Part shown: positions 18,425 to 29,151 of the stretch, one piece after another
Numbering within the stretch: the stretch's first letter is position 1
How the letters are laid out: every line of letters starts with the position of its first letter
Assembly (NCBI GenBank): GCA_965662845.1
Contig: CBFIJD010000026.1
Location: forward strand, 1 to 45,749
From: an uncultured bacterium
GTDB lineage: Bacteria; SAR324; NAC60-12
Direction: 5' to 3'
DNA: 45,749 nt
Notes under the pieces: generated by a model
What the model saw: only the letters and a program-made list of their open reading frames with translations
Told to the model about the DNA's origin: nothing
Database searches by the model: none
Position numbers and translations under genes: made by a program

Positions 18425-18793
18425 ATGTTTCCATTTGTTCGTGAAGCTTACGCTCAAGGTGCCGCTGCGACCGCCAGCAGCACCGATATGCTCGTACAGT
18501 TCGCCCCTTTCATTCTGATCTTCGCCGTTTTCTACTTTCTGATCATCCGTCCGCAGAACAAGCAACGCAAAGAGCACCAGGCGATGCTCGCCGCGCTCGG
18601 CAAAGGCGATAAGGTCGTCACAGCCGCCGGGATCCACGGCACCATCTTCAAGATTGGTGACGAAGTGCTCACCCTCGAGATTGCCGACAAAGTCCGGATC
18701 CAGTTGGATCGTAGCCAGATCGCGCGCGTGGTCAACGGCAACAGCAAAGCTACGAGCGATGACGACGTGACGGACGACAAGTCCGCCTCCTAA
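18425..18793 (+). CDS. yajC: Preprotein translocase subunit YajC
   Basis: FYFLIIRPQ.K and GDKVVT..GIHG; directly upstream of secD. Confidence 0.95.
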   Translation: MFPFVREAYAQGAAATASSTDMLVQFAPFILIFAVFYFLIIRPQNKQRKEHQAMLAALGKGDKVVTAAGIHGTIFKIGDEVLTLEIADKVRIQLDRSQIARVVNGNSKATSDDDVTDDKSAS

Positions 18794-18837
18794 ATTCACT
18801 CACTGCCCCGCCCTCTCCCACACCTTCGTGTCATCTC

Positions 18838-20406
18838 ATGGAACTACGCCTGAAAGGATTTCTGATCCTGATCGTCTTTTGTGTCGCGGTCTTCTACTCC
18901 TTACCGACTTATCGCGCCTATCAGGCCGGGGTCGACCCACAAACCATCGCTAACAAAGTCAATCTTGGATTAGACTTGCAAGGTGGGATGTATCTGGACA
19001 TCGAAATCAAAGTTGAAGAAGCGCTGCAAGAAATGCTGCGTCGCACCGGACAAGAGTTAGAAGACTTGCTCATCGACAATTTTGTCAAGTTCGTAGAAGT
19101 CCGCCAAGAAGACTCTGGGCTCGTCTTAGAGATGGAACGGGGCGAGCGGGTCAACCTGGAAGAGACACCTTACGACCGGTTTTTAGTACAATTTGAGCGA
19201 GAACAAGTGGGCGACGAATATCGCTTGCGCCTGATTCCGGACGAGGAGCAACGCATTCGTGAGAACGCCGTGTCTCAAGCGCTGGAAGTCTTGCGCAATC
19301 GCATCGACAGCCTCGGCGTCAGTGAGCCCTCCATTCAGAAGCAGGGGGAGAACAGCATCATCATTCAACTGCCCGGGCTCAAAGATCGTGAGCAAGCCAT
19401 TCAGTTGATAGGCCCCCAAGCTGTGCTGGAGTTTCGCATTGTCAACAACGACGCGACGCCTTCCACCTACGACCGCTTCCAAGAAGTGGTCCGCTACCAA
19501 GAGGTTCGTGATCCAGCCACTCAACAAGTCCTGTCACGGACTCCGTTTGTGCTGGGCAAAGAGGTGCTGCTGACGGGAGAATACATCCGCGACGCGCAGG
19601 TTCGTTTTGATCCACAGAACAACCAACCTTATGTCTCGCTCTCGTTTGACTCCCTCGGCGCCGATCGCTTTGGGCGCCTGACCGAAAAATATCGGGGCAA
19701 GAACCTCGCGATCATCCTCGATGACAAAGTCCAGTCCGCGCCGGTCATTCGTGAAAAAATTTCAGGTGGGGAAGCTTCGATTTCGGGGTCGTTCACGACA
19801 CAAGAGGCCAGCAATTTAGCGATCGTCTTGCGTTCCGGCTCTTTGCCTGCGCCCATTGAGATTCGAGAAGAGCGGACGGTGGGCGCCTCGCTAGGCGAAG
19901 ACTCTGTGCGGCAGGGGCTGCTCTCGCTGGTCGCTGGTGGCGTCAGCGTGCTGATTTTCATGGTGGTCTATTATCGGTTGGCGGGCGTGTTCGCCGCCGT
20001 CGCGCTCATCTTCAATATGTTGCTGATCGTCTCTATGCTCGGCTTGATTGGGGCAACTTTGACGCTGCCTGGGATGGCGGGGATTGTTCTGACCATCGGG
20101 ATGGCGGTAGACGCCAACGTCCTGATCTTCCAGCGGATTCGAGAAGAAATGGCACGCTCCAAAAATATCCGCGCCGCGATCTATGAGGGCTTCAACAAAG
20201 CGTTCAAAACGATTCTGGATGCCAACATCACGACGCTTTTTGCTGCTCTCGCTTTGCTGCAATTTGGCACTGGCCCCATCAAGGGCTTCGCGGTCACTCT
20301 CTCCTTGGGCATTCTCTCGAGTATGTTCACGGCGATTGTCGTCACGCGTTTCTTATTTGAAGTCACATATCTCAACCGCAAACAACTCAAAGCTGTCAGC
20401 ATCTGA
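18838..20406 (+). CDS. secD: Protein translocase subunit SecD
   Basis: LGLDLQGG, RIDSLGVSEP, LRSGSLP, GMAVDANVLI. Confidence 0.97.
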   Translation: MELRLKGFLILIVFCVAVFYSLPTYRAYQAGVDPQTIANKVNLGLDLQGGMYLDIEIKVEEALQEMLRRTGQELEDLLIDNFVKFVEVRQEDSGLVLEMERGERVNLEETPYDRFLVQFEREQVGDEYRLRLIPDEEQRIRENAVSQALEVLRNRIDSLGVSEPSIQKQGENSIIIQLPGLKDREQAIQLIGPQAVLEFRIVNNDATPSTYDRFQEVVRYQEVRDPATQQVLSRTPFVLGKEVLLTGEYIRDAQVRFDPQNNQPYVSLSFDSLGADRFGRLTEKYRGKNLAIILDDKVQSAPVIREKISGGEASISGSFTTQEASNLAIVLRSGSLPAPIEIREERTVGASLGEDSVRQGLLSLVAGGVSVLIFMVVYYRLAGVFAAVALIFNMLLIVSMLGLIGATLTLPGMAGIVLTIGMAVDANVLIFQRIREEMARSKNIRAAIYEGFNKAFKTILDANITTLFAALALLQFGTGPIKGFAVTLSLGILSSMFTAIVVTRFLFEVTYLNRKQLKAVSI

Positions 20407-20411
20407 CCCGC

Positions 20412-21353
20412 ATGTCACTCAAACTTCCTCAAATTCGCTTCATGGAGAAGCGCAAATACAGCGTATTTGTCTCCATATTTTTGGTGTTCAGCACCTTCCT
20501 GTCCATCGCACTGCATGACGGACTGAACTACGGAATTGACTTCCGTGGTGGAACCAACGTGCAGGTTCAATTTCAGCAAACCCCTGAGCCTGACCGCTTG
20601 CGAGATCTCTTTGAGACACAAGGGATGAACAGCCTGCAAGTCCAGACTTTTGGAGATCCTGAAGATCATGAAGTGCTGTTGGGCCTGCCGATTGACAGCC
20701 CTCTCGGCACCGGCGAAGAACTCACCAGCCGCCTGCGCGAAATGTTAAGCGCGGTGGACGGCGCGGTAGAGATTCGTCGCGTAGAGACCATTGGCCCGAA
20801 AGTCGGCGACGAGTTGAAGCAGGACGCAATGCTGGCGGTCTTCATCGCGCTAGGGCTTGTCTTGGTCTACATCAGCTTTCGCTTCGAGTGGCGCTTTGGC
20901 GTCAGCGCGATTGTCTGCCTCCTTCACGATGTATTAGCCGTCGTGGGCGTCTTCTCCTTGTTTGATCGAGAGTTCAGCCTCGCCATCGTCGCTGCTCTGC
21001 TGACCGTGGTCGGCTACTCGCTCAACGACACCATCGTCGTGTTTGACCGCGTGCGCGAGAACTTGGGTAAGTTCCGTAAGCGTGACACTGAAACGCTGTT
21101 AGATTTGAGCATCAACGAAACGCTCAGCCGCACCTTGTTGACTTCTTTGACCACGCTGCTCGTCGTGATCATACTCTATACGTTGGGCGGAGAAATCATC
21201 CACGACTTCGCGTTCGCGCTGCTCGTGGGCGTCATAGTTGGGACCTTCTCCTCCATTTACGTTGCCAGCCCGACGTTTCTGTGGTTGCAGAACAAGTTCC
21301 CCGCTCAAGTTAGCGCGAACAAAGCCAGCGCCGTGGAAGAGAAAAACGTGTGA
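20412..21353 (+). CDS. secF: Protein translocase subunit SecF
   Basis: GIDFRGG, GPKVG.EL, GYSLNDTIVVFDRVRE, TLSRT. Confidence 0.97.
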   Translation: MSLKLPQIRFMEKRKYSVFVSIFLVFSTFLSIALHDGLNYGIDFRGGTNVQVQFQQTPEPDRLRDLFETQGMNSLQVQTFGDPEDHEVLLGLPIDSPLGTGEELTSRLREMLSAVDGAVEIRRVETIGPKVGDELKQDAMLAVFIALGLVLVYISFRFEWRFGVSAIVCLLHDVLAVVGVFSLFDREFSLAIVAALLTVVGYSLNDTIVVFDRVRENLGKFRKRDTETLLDLSINETLSRTLLTSLTTLLVVIILYTLGGEIIHDFAFALLVGVIVGTFSSIYVASPTFLWLQNKFPAQVSANKASAVEEKNV

Positions 21354-22213
21354 GCGCACCGCTCTTCCGACAAATCGCCGTCATCGGCTTAGGGCTCATC
21401 GGCGGATCTTTTGCGCTCGACGTACGTCGTCTGCATCAAGCTGAGCGCATCATCGGCTACGACCAGCGGTCTCATCACTGCGAAGAAGCCCTCTACCGCC
21501 ATCTGGTCGAGCACGCCTCGACCGAATTTGACGCGCAGTTAGGGCAGGCTGACCTTGTCTTGCTGGCGACTCCTGTCCGCGCTTTTCCCCAGGTCCTCAC
21601 TCAGCTGATCCCCCACCTCGCCACCGATGCTCTGGTCACTGATGTCGGTAGCGTGAAGGCGCCGTTGCTGCGGACGGTCGAGCAGTTCTCCGAGCTGAGA
21701 GGGCGTTTTTTGGGCGGACACCCCATCGCTGGTTCGGAGCAGTTTGGGCCGAGTAGCGCGCGCACTCATCTGTTCGAGGGCAAGCGGTTCATTCTGACTC
21801 CTGAAGACAGCACGCCGTTGGCCGTCCGGCAGCGCCTCCGCGCGCTCTGGGAGTCCATCGGGAGCGACGTCTGTGAAATGTCTGCGACACGTCATGACCA
21901 AATTTTTGCTGCGGTCAGCCATCTGCCTCACTTGATCGCATACGCGAGTATCCACGCAATTATCGGCTCTGACGCTGCGGAGGTGCTGCAGTTCTCAGGG
22001 GCTGGGCTCAAAGATTTTTCTCGCATCGCCTCTTCTAGCCCCGAAATGTGGGCGGACATCTTGTTGGACAATCGCGAGCAGCTGCTTCCACGGCTGCAAC
22101 ACCTGCAGCAGGTCTTGCGTGATTTGGAGCATACTCTGCAGCAAGAGGAACGCGCGGCGCTCCTCGCGCTTCTGCAGGAGGCGAAGATTGCGCGTGACCA
22201 GTGGATTGGATGA
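21350..22213 (+). CDS. tyrA: Prephenate/arogenate dehydrogenase
   Basis: GLGLIGGS, DVGSVK, GGHPIAGSE, HD...A.VSHLPH, RIASS.PEMW; GTGA overlap with secF. Confidence 0.92.
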   Translation: MSAPLFRQIAVIGLGLIGGSFALDVRRLHQAERIIGYDQRSHHCEEALYRHLVEHASTEFDAQLGQADLVLLATPVRAFPQVLTQLIPHLATDALVTDVGSVKAPLLRTVEQFSELRGRFLGGHPIAGSEQFGPSSARTHLFEGKRFILTPEDSTPLAVRQRLRALWESIGSDVCEMSATRHDQIFAAVSHLPHLIAYASIHAIIGSDAAEVLQFSGAGLKDFSRIASSSPEMWADILLDNREQLLPRLQHLQQVLRDLEHTLQQEERAALLALLQEAKIARDQWIG

Positions 22214-22370
22214 AAGTTTCAAGGAAAAAACTTGTATTTTTCCCAGATTCTACGCACTGTTTCCGCCTTTATTTTCTGATTACTAACCCGCTTTGTTTGT
22301 GTTTGCGGCCTGATGCTCCAATCAGCGCGACGACCCAAGCCATAAGCCCCCAAGCCCTTGATTGCCCACT

Positions 22371-23723
22371 ATGAAAGTTCAGGTTCAAACTCTTGAGAAT
22401 CTCCGCCGCGAAATGCGCATTGAAATCCCACTGGAAGACATTCGTGAGGAATATCAGAACGTAAAGCGCCAACTTCGCAACACGCGCCTCCGCGGTTTCC
22501 GCCCTGGGAAGTTTCCCAAAGGGTGGATCGAGAAGCGCTTCCGCAGCACGATGGAAGCCGAAGCCCAAGAAAAGTTGTTTCCTAAGTATTTCGAACAGGC
22601 GATTCAACAAGAGCAATTGGAATTGGCCGCCCCTGCGGATTCGCTGAAGATTGAGCTTGGCGAGCGCGAACCGCTAGTCTTTGATGTCAGCTTTGAAGTC
22701 GCTCCCGAAGTCCCAGAGGTCAACTACGACAATTTACAGCTTGAAGAACCTGAGATTTCTGAAGTGACGGACGAGAAGTTGGATAAAATGCTGCAGGACT
22801 TACGCCGCGCTCGCTCCACCCGTCAGCCCAAAGAAGGCAGCCCAGCGGATAGAGGCGACCTCGTCACCTTCGACGCCGTGGGCAAAGTGGATGGCAAACC
22901 CCTTACAGACGAAGAAAATATTGAAAATTCGGAATTTGAAGTCGGCGGGGAGTTTTTCCTAGAGTTTAGCCCCGTGGTGGAAGGGATGATGGCCGGCGAA
23001 ACAAAAACGGTCTCCTTCGAGATGGGAAGCTCCTTCGATGAAGCTTACAAAGGCAAGCAAGGCGAGTTTGAAGTCACCGTTAAATCTATTGAAACGCTGA
23101 ACTTGCCGGAAATGAACGAAGAGTTCTTCAAATCTTATGGCCACGAAACAGAGGAAGAACTGCTCAGCGCCATCCGCGAAATGCAGGAGAACAATCGCCA
23201 AGCTCAGCGTATGGAGGAGCTGCGCAAGGCCGTTCGTCCTCAACTCAACGAGCAATTGCAGCACATTGACCTTCCCCAGTCTCTGCTGGAGCGCCACGAG
23301 CAAAGCCTGAGAGCAAACCACACAGCCGAGGACAACACGACTGAGGACAACACAGCCGAGAAAGACGCGTCTCCAGAAGAGCAAGAGGAGCGGATCAACC
23401 AAGAGATGGAGAGTTATCGCGAGAATCTGCGCATCAACTACCTCGTGCGCAAAACCCTCCGCGAAGCAGGCCTCAACATCGACGAACAAGATTTGTATTC
23501 GCGATTCTCTAATGCAGCTGCGATGATGGGAATGTCGCCTCAAGATTTGTACAATCACCGCTACGGACGCGTTCTGCTTGAGCGATTTGTGGAGACGCTG
23601 CAAGAAGAACAGGCGCTCAATTATATTATCCAACGCAAGCTCGGAGAGCTGCCTGCGGAAAATACTTCCGCAGCAGACGCTCCAGCAGAAGCTCAAGCAT
23701 CGTCTGAGGCAGTCGCCGGCTAA
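22371..23723 (+). CDS. tig: Trigger factor
   Basis: Ribosome-binding motif GFRPGK, FKBP-like middle domain, position upstream of clpP-clpX. Confidence 0.92.
   Translation: MKVQVQTLENLRREMRIEIPLEDIREEYQNVKRQLRNTRLRGFRPGKFPKGWIEKRFRSTMEAEAQEKLFPKYFEQAIQQEQLELAAPADSLKIELGEREPLVFDVSFEVAPEVPEVNYDNLQLEEPEISEVTDEKLDKMLQDLRRARSTRQPKEGSPADRGDLVTFDAVGKVDGKPLTDEENIENSEFEVGGEFFLEFSPVVEGMMAGETKTVSFEMGSSFDEAYKGKQGEFEVTVKSIETLNLPEMNEEFFKSYGHETEEELLSAIREMQENNRQAQRMEELRKAVRPQLNEQLQHIDLPQSLLERHEQSLRANHTAEDNTTEDNTAEKDASPEEQEERINQEMESYRENLRINYLVRKTLREAGLNIDEQDLYSRFSNAAAMMGMSPQDLYNHRYGRVLLERFVETLQEEQALNYIIQRKLGELPAENTSAADAPAEAQASSEAVAG
23321..23360 (+). repeat. 15-bp in-frame tandem repeat (~2.7 copies) within tig
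   Basis: CACAGCCGAGGACAA / CACGACTGAGGACAA / CACAGCCGAG, encoding TAEDN-TTEDN-TAE. Confidence 0.75.
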
Positions 23724-23750
23724 TTTTTCACCTTTCGCAGAGATTTTCTG

Positions 23751-24356
23751 ATGGCCCTGATTCCAATGGTCGTTGAACAGACCAATCGCGGCGAACGTTC
23801 TTATGACATCTACTCCCGACTGCTCAAGGATCGCATTATCTTCTTGGGTACTCCCATGGATGACAACATCGCAAACTTGCTCATCGCTCAGCTGCTCTTC
23901 CTCGAAGCTGAAGACCCAGACAGCGACATCTCTCTCTACATCAACTGCCCCGGTGGTTTAGTTTCTGCTGGCCTCGCAGTCTACGACACCATCCAATACC
24001 TACGTCCCGACGTTCAAACGATTTGCATCGGGCAAGCGGCGAGTATGGGAGCCATCTTGCTCGCGGCTGGCAGTGAGGGCAAACGCTACGCCCTGCCCCA
24101 CGCTCGGATCATGATCCATCAACTCATGGGGGGCTTCTCTGGACAAGCGGAAGACATTGATATCCAAGCCCGAGAGATTGTGCGATTGACGAACACGCTC
24201 AACGACGTTTTGGCAAAGCACACAGGCAAGACCTCAGAACAAATTGAGAAAGATACACAGCGTGACTACTATTTCTCTGGTGTCGAAGCCAAAGAGTATG
24301 GTCTGGTAGATCATGTGATGGCCAAGCGCGAAGATGTTCCTCAAGCTGGTTCATAA
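23751..24356 (+). CDS. clpP: ATP-dependent Clp protease proteolytic subunit
   Basis: [14 protein letters not shown], catalytic QAASMG and IMIHQ. Confidence 0.98.
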   Translation: MALIPMVVEQTNRGERSYDIYSRLLKDRIIFLGTPMDDNIANLLIAQLLFLEAEDPDSDISLYINCPGGLVSAGLAVYDTIQYLRPDVQTICIGQAASMGAILLAAGSEGKRYALPHARIMIHQLMGGFSGQAEDIDIQAREIVRLTNTLNDVLAKHTGKTSEQIEKDTQRDYYFSGVEAKEYGLVDHVMAKREDVPQAGS

Positions 24357-24439
24357 ATGCATCGCAATTTGCTCCCCACGCAGAGTTTCCGAGTTATCCT
24401 TCAGGCTACCCCGATAGGATCCACCACCAAGGAGTCAAC

Positions 24440-25699
24440 ATGAGCAATCAGAAAGACGCACCACTACGCTGTTCGTTTTGTGGCAAGACCCAAGACGAAG
24501 TCAAAAAGATCATAGCGGGGCCCGGTGTTTACATTTGCGACGAGTGCATTGAACTCTGTAACGACATCATGGAAGAAGAGTGGCAGCGCGAACGTGCAAT
24601 GGAAGACCCGGAGCACACGCTCCTCAAACCCGCTGAGATCAAAGAAGTGCTGGACAACTATGTCATCGGACAAAGCCACGCGAAACGCGTCCTCTCTGTC
24701 GCCGTGCACAACCACTACAAACGGATCCATGCCAATCAGCACGACAACGACGTCGAACTGCAAAAGAGCAACATCCTGCTGATTGGTCCAACCGGCACCG
24801 GCAAGACGTTGCTCGCGCAAACACTCGCGAAGATCTTAAATGTGCCGTTTGCGATGGCCGACGCGACGACGCTAACCGAAGCGGGCTATGTCGGAGAAGA
24901 CGTAGAGAACATTGTGCTGAAGTTGCTGCAGGCCGCAGACTATGACACCGAGCGCGCAGAACAAGGCATCATCTACATTGACGAGATCGACAAGATCACT
25001 CGCAAAAGCGACAACCCTTCGATCACCCGCGATGTGTCTGGCGAAGGCGTCCAGCAAGCCCTGCTCAAGATCATTGAGGGCACCGTCGCCAACATTCCCC
25101 CGCAGGGTGGCCGCAAGCACCCCCAACAAGAATGCGTGCAAGTGGACACAAGCAACATCCTCTTCATTTGTGGAGGGGCCTTCGTCAACTTGGACCAAAT
25201 CATCAAGCGTCGCATCGGGGAACGCGCCATTGGCTTCGGTAGCAAAATCCAGAGCAAAGCCAGCGAAGAAGACGTCCTGATGCAGCTAGAGCCCGAAGAC
25301 TTGCTGAAATATGGCTTGATTCCAGAGTTCATCGGGCGGCTGCCCGTCACAACAACTCTGCACGACCTAGAAGAGGAGCACCTCATCAAGATTTTGGTAG
25401 AACCTAAAAACGCGTTGATTCGGCAATATCAAAAGCTGTTTGAACTTGAGACTGTTCAGCTGTCTTTCACCAAGGGAGCATACAAAGCCATCGCGCAAGA
25501 GGCGATCAAGCGCAAAACCGGAGCGCGAGGTCTGCGCTCCATTTTGGAACGCGCTATGCTCAACGTGATGTACGATGTGCCCTCCAACAATAACATCCAA
25601 GAAGTCATCATCAGCGAGCAAACCATCTCCCAAAATGCGGCCCCCAAGTTGATCATGCGCCAGCCCGCAGACAACAATCGCAAAATGAAAGTTAGTTAA
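24440..25699 (+). CDS. clpX: ATP-dependent Clp protease ATP-binding subunit
   Basis: CSFC/CDEC zinc finger, [19 protein letters not shown] loop, RGLRS. Confidence 0.98.
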   Translation: MSNQKDAPLRCSFCGKTQDEVKKIIAGPGVYICDECIELCNDIMEEEWQRERAMEDPEHTLLKPAEIKEVLDNYVIGQSHAKRVLSVAVHNHYKRIHANQHDNDVELQKSNILLIGPTGTGKTLLAQTLAKILNVPFAMADATTLTEAGYVGEDVENIVLKLLQAADYDTERAEQGIIYIDEIDKITRKSDNPSITRDVSGEGVQQALLKIIEGTVANIPPQGGRKHPQQECVQVDTSNILFICGGAFVNLDQIIKRRIGERAIGFGSKIQSKASEEDVLMQLEPEDLLKYGLIPEFIGRLPVTTTLHDLEEEHLIKILVEPKNALIRQYQKLFELETVQLSFTKGAYKAIAQEAIKRKTGARGLRSILERAMLNVMYDVPSNNNIQEVIISEQTISQNAAPKLIMRQPADNNRKMKVS

Positions 25700-25719
25700 C
25701 CTCCTAACCCCAGAGCATC

Positions 25720-26727
25720 ATGTCCAAACCCTCAAACATTGACGTTTACGGCATTGGCAACCCACTAGTTGATCTCCTCGTGCACGTCTCTTCCGAGTTC
25801 TTGACTCGGCATGAACTAGAGAAAGATCGCATGTACTTGGTAGACGAAGAACGCCAGAGCGCCCTGCTTCAGGATCTCAACGCCAACTCCCACTCTGTGC
25901 TCTATGCCCCTGGAGGCTCCGCAGCCAACACCATGATCGGGATCGCACAGCTCGGCGGCAACGCTGCGTTCACAGGGAAAATTGGCGAAGACGAACTCGG
26001 CGAAATCTACCAAGACAAGTTGCAGAACGACAAAGTCACTCCGCAGTTAGGAACGGGGGAAGGAGTCACAGGGAGCAGCTTGATTTTAGTAACCGACGAC
26101 GGCGCCCGCACCATGAACACATTCTTAGGAATGTGCCAAGAACTCAGCCAAGAAGACATCATCGAAGACTACGTCGCTCAGGCGAGCTACCTCTACATCG
26201 AAGGCTACCTCTGGGACACCGAGACACAGCAAGCCGCCATTGTGCACGCGGTTGAACTCGCCAAAAAGCATGGAACCAAGATCGCGCTGAGCCTCTCAGA
26301 TGCCTTCTGTGTCCAGCGTCATCACAACGCCTTCCACGAGTTGATTCGCGAGAGCGTAGACATGCTCTTCTGCAACCAAGAAGAAGCGTTCGCCCTGCTC
26401 AACACTCAAATTTCTCAGGAAGCGCTGGAATTCTTGGCCAATCACGTGGAGACCATCGCGCTCACGCTGGGTGCCAAAGGCGCGCTGATCTGCAAGAACA
26501 AAGAGCTGTTTTATGTTGATCCACGCAAAGTCGACGTCACCGACACCACCGGGGCGGGCGACGCCTTCGCGGCGGGCTTCCTCTATGGCATCACCAACGA
26601 AAAATCGCCCTTCGAAAGTGGCATGATCGCCTCAGCGTTAGCGTCAGAAGTGATCCAGAATATGGGGCCTCGCTTCAAAGGTGACGCCCGCAGCCGCCTC
26701 AAAGAAATTCTCGGAGACCGTCTCTAA
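25720..26727 (+). CDS. PfkB-family kinase (adenosine/inosine kinase-like)
   Basis: GNPLVD, GGSAANT, RTMNTFLG, DTTGAGDAF. Confidence 0.88.
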   Translation: MSKPSNIDVYGIGNPLVDLLVHVSSEFLTRHELEKDRMYLVDEERQSALLQDLNANSHSVLYAPGGSAANTMIGIAQLGGNAAFTGKIGEDELGEIYQDKLQNDKVTPQLGTGEGVTGSSLILVTDDGARTMNTFLGMCQELSQEDIIEDYVAQASYLYIEGYLWDTETQQAAIVHAVELAKKHGTKIALSLSDAFCVQRHHNAFHELIRESVDMLFCNQEEAFALLNTQISQEALEFLANHVETIALTLGAKGALICKNKELFYVDPRKVDVTDTTGAGDAFAAGFLYGITNEKSPFESGMIASALASEVIQNMGPRFKGDARSRLKEILGDRL

Positions 26728-26731
26728 CATC

Positions 26732-27934
26732 ATGCAACTGCCTGAACTGCTCTCGCCTGCGGGCAACCTCGAACGCCTGAAGATCGCCATCCTATACGGA
26801 GCTGACGCCGTTTATCTCGCTGGCGATAAGTACGGGCTGCGTGGCGGAGCAGACAATTTCAGCGACATTGAAATGCAGCGCGGCATCGCCTTCGCCCATG
26901 AACGCAACGCGAAAGTCTACGCTGTCCTCAACGCCTTCCCTCACGACCACGAATTTGACTCTCTCCCAGAATACGTACAGCGCTTAGAAGAGCTTCAAGT
27001 TGACGCGATCATCGCCTCGGATCTCGGTGTGATCTCGGTCATCCGCACCCACACGAACCTCCCCGTACACCTCTCAACACAAGCGTCTTGCCTCAACGCG
27101 GAAGCCGCAAAAGCTTGGAAACATCATGGGGTGAGCCGCGTGATCGTTGGACGCGAGTTGCCCATCCGCGAGGCGGGTCTTATCCGTGAGCGCGCAGGTG
27201 TGGAGGTTGAGATGTTTATTCACGGAGCCATGTGCATGTCGTACTCCGGGAACTGTGTCATCTCCAATTACACGGCAGGTCGAGACAGCAATCGGGGGGG
27301 ATGCGTTCAAAGCTGTCGTTTCAACTACACGTTTCAGCACCCAACAACGGGAGAGTCGATCACAACGTCGCTGCTCAGCTCTCAAGATTTGCGGGGCATC
27401 CAGCTGTTGTCCGAATTCATGCAGCATGGCATCGCAAGTCTGAAAATTGAGGGGCGCATGAAGAGCAATCTCTATGTCGCCACCACCACGCGCACATATC
27501 GCAAAGCGCTAAAGATGGTTGCCACGGAACCGCCCGAATGCTGGCCCGAACAGTTGCAGCAGCTCGCCGCAGAACTCGAAAAAATCCCACATCGCGGCTA
27601 CACGGAAGGTTCCTTGCGACAACTGGCAGGCCCTGAGAGCGTCTATCATGGCGGACGAAATGGGCTGCAACAGTATGAGATCACCGGCACCGTGCTCGAA
27701 GTGATCGGGACGGAATACACTGCGTTGTTTGTGCAAAACGCCTTCAACGCGGGCGATACGCTGGAGTTTTTGACCTTTGATGGCCGCACCATCTACATGG
27801 ACACTTCAGAGGTCTTTGACATCCGCAAACAGGCGTTGCCGCGTACCAAACCAAACAGCGTTGTGCTGCTGCCCTTCTACCCAGCCATCAAAGAACTGAA
27901 CCTCGCCCGCCGTCGCAAGAGCCACGCTCAATAG
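26732..27934 (+). CDS. trhP: U32 family protein (TrhP/YegQ-like, tRNA hydroxylation)
   Basis: ELLSPAG, GADAVY, HLSTQ, E.FIHGAMC.SYSG.C, NRG.C.QSCR, SLKIEGR. Confidence 0.8.
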   Translation: MQLPELLSPAGNLERLKIAILYGADAVYLAGDKYGLRGGADNFSDIEMQRGIAFAHERNAKVYAVLNAFPHDHEFDSLPEYVQRLEELQVDAIIASDLGVISVIRTHTNLPVHLSTQASCLNAEAAKAWKHHGVSRVIVGRELPIREAGLIRERAGVEVEMFIHGAMCMSYSGNCVISNYTAGRDSNRGGCVQSCRFNYTFQHPTTGESITTSLLSSQDLRGIQLLSEFMQHGIASLKIEGRMKSNLYVATTTRTYRKALKMVATEPPECWPEQLQQLAAELEKIPHRGYTEGSLRQLAGPESVYHGGRNGLQQYEITGTVLEVIGTEYTALFVQNAFNAGDTLEFLTFDGRTIYMDTSEVFDIRKQALPRTKPNSVVLLPFYPAIKELNLARRRKSHAQ

Positions 27935-28200
27935 TGGACCTCAAAGGTTTCAAAAAGCTCGGTGGGTTCGACCTCTTCCGTCTGCACCTCATCCACACGC
28001 GACATTCTCGGCCCTTGACGACAAATCTCCACAAACTGCTCTAGCTGTGCTGCAGAACCTTGCGCCTCGGCAACCACCGAGCCATCGTCCCGATTTTTCA
28101 CAAACCCGACGACGCCCAGACGCATCGCGTGCTGGTGTACAAAATTCCGAAAGCCCACTCCCTGCACGACTCCTGTCACGCGCACATTTCTCTGCTTCAT
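27928..28200 (-). CDS. acyP: Acylphosphatase
   Basis: VTGVVQGVGFR, GFVKN..DGSV, GP; AAGGAG SD; convergent 7-nt overlap with the U32 gene. Confidence 0.93.
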   Translation of the reverse strand: MKQRNVRVTGVVQGVGFRNFVHQHAMRLGVVGFVKNRDDGSVVAEAQGSAAQLEQFVEICRQGPRMSRVDEVQTEEVEPTELFETFEVHY

Positions 28201-28215
28201 CTTGACTCCTTTTTC

Positions 28216-29127
28216 TCAGTTCCTGCCGTTGACATCTGGAGACCAACCCCGAAAAAATTGAACTTGCCAGCGTCCTCGATATGGCTTCACCCAGCCCTCG
28301 ACCACAATTTGTTCTCCAAGATCCCAAGCTGGGACGCGGTGCTGCTCATGGTGCTGCACGACGACCTCAATTTGATTTGGCAAATGCAATAGTTCGATCT
28401 TCCGACCGCGCCGTTCGCGCTTGAGCAACGGGCCTTCCACGCGAACAAACTGCTCCGCAAAATTTTCCAAACGCAGCCGAGAGGCTGTCCACACACGTTC
28501 CACAAAACGGCGATTTCTTGGCGCATACACGGTGCGTCCCTCCCGCGCCAAGCGCTGCAAATATTTCCGTTGTGACCTCGGCTCACTCCAGATGCCCCGT
28601 CTGCGCGCGAAGGCTTCTGCCTCGGCCTCCGCGTAGCGTTCATAATCCACCGGCCACTGATAGCGCGTGTCAAACGGAGAGTGGCCTTGCCGGATCAAGT
28701 GTCGATTCACATCCCGTCGTCCTTGTTGCAGCAATCCCAACGTCCGCTGGTAGTGGTCTCTTGGAAAGGCTGGGGAGGTCCACAAGGTGAGCGCCCCTTG
28801 GCTCAATTGGGACGTCAGAAACTGACGCGCTGGCTCGCCAAAGAGAACATCGCGCCCCTTGTGCGAGTCTCGTAATTCTGGGGTGTCGACAAAGAGCAGG
28901 CGCACTTTTTCATGCGACTCTGTGTATCCATTTGCGTTCCAATCGATGTGCAGCGTGTCGCCATCGACGACGTACGTGCGTTGGGGAGGGACTTCGCGAG
29001 CGGTCCATCCTTGCTGACGCAATTCTTCCCACAGATCGGCGCGCGCATTCGTGTTGGCAAAACTGAGCCACAAAACGAAGACTATCGTTTGCCACCATTT
29101 GTGCTTAGACTGTTTGGATCTTTGCAA
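28216..29127 (-). CDS. Secreted thermonuclease (SNase) family protein with probable C-terminal OB-fold domain
   Basis: VVDGDTL, KVRLLFVDTPE, DHYQRTLG, AEAEA...RRGIW; signal-peptide-like N-terminus. The start (TTG 29127 after GGAGGTGAT) is uncertain. Confidence 0.78.
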   Translation of the reverse strand: MQRSKQSKHKWWQTIVFVLWLSFANTNARADLWEELRQQGWTAREVPPQRTYVVDGDTLHIDWNANGYTESHEKVRLLFVDTPELRDSHKGRDVLFGEPARQFLTSQLSQGALTLWTSPAFPRDHYQRTLGLLQQGRRDVNRHLIRQGHSPFDTRYQWPVDYERYAEAEAEAFARRRGIWSEPRSQRKYLQRLAREGRTVYAPRNRRFVERVWTASRLRLENFAEQFVRVEGPLLKRERRGRKIELLHLPNQIEVVVQHHEQHRVPAWDLGEQIVVEGWVKPYRGRWQVQFFRGWSPDVNGRN

Positions 29128-29151
29128 ATCACCTCCATCATCAAAAAGTTC

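Noticed and set aside
22214..22370. tRNA gene upstream of tig, as found in many bacteria
   Set aside because: No cloverleaf, T-loop GTTC motif or CCA end visible.
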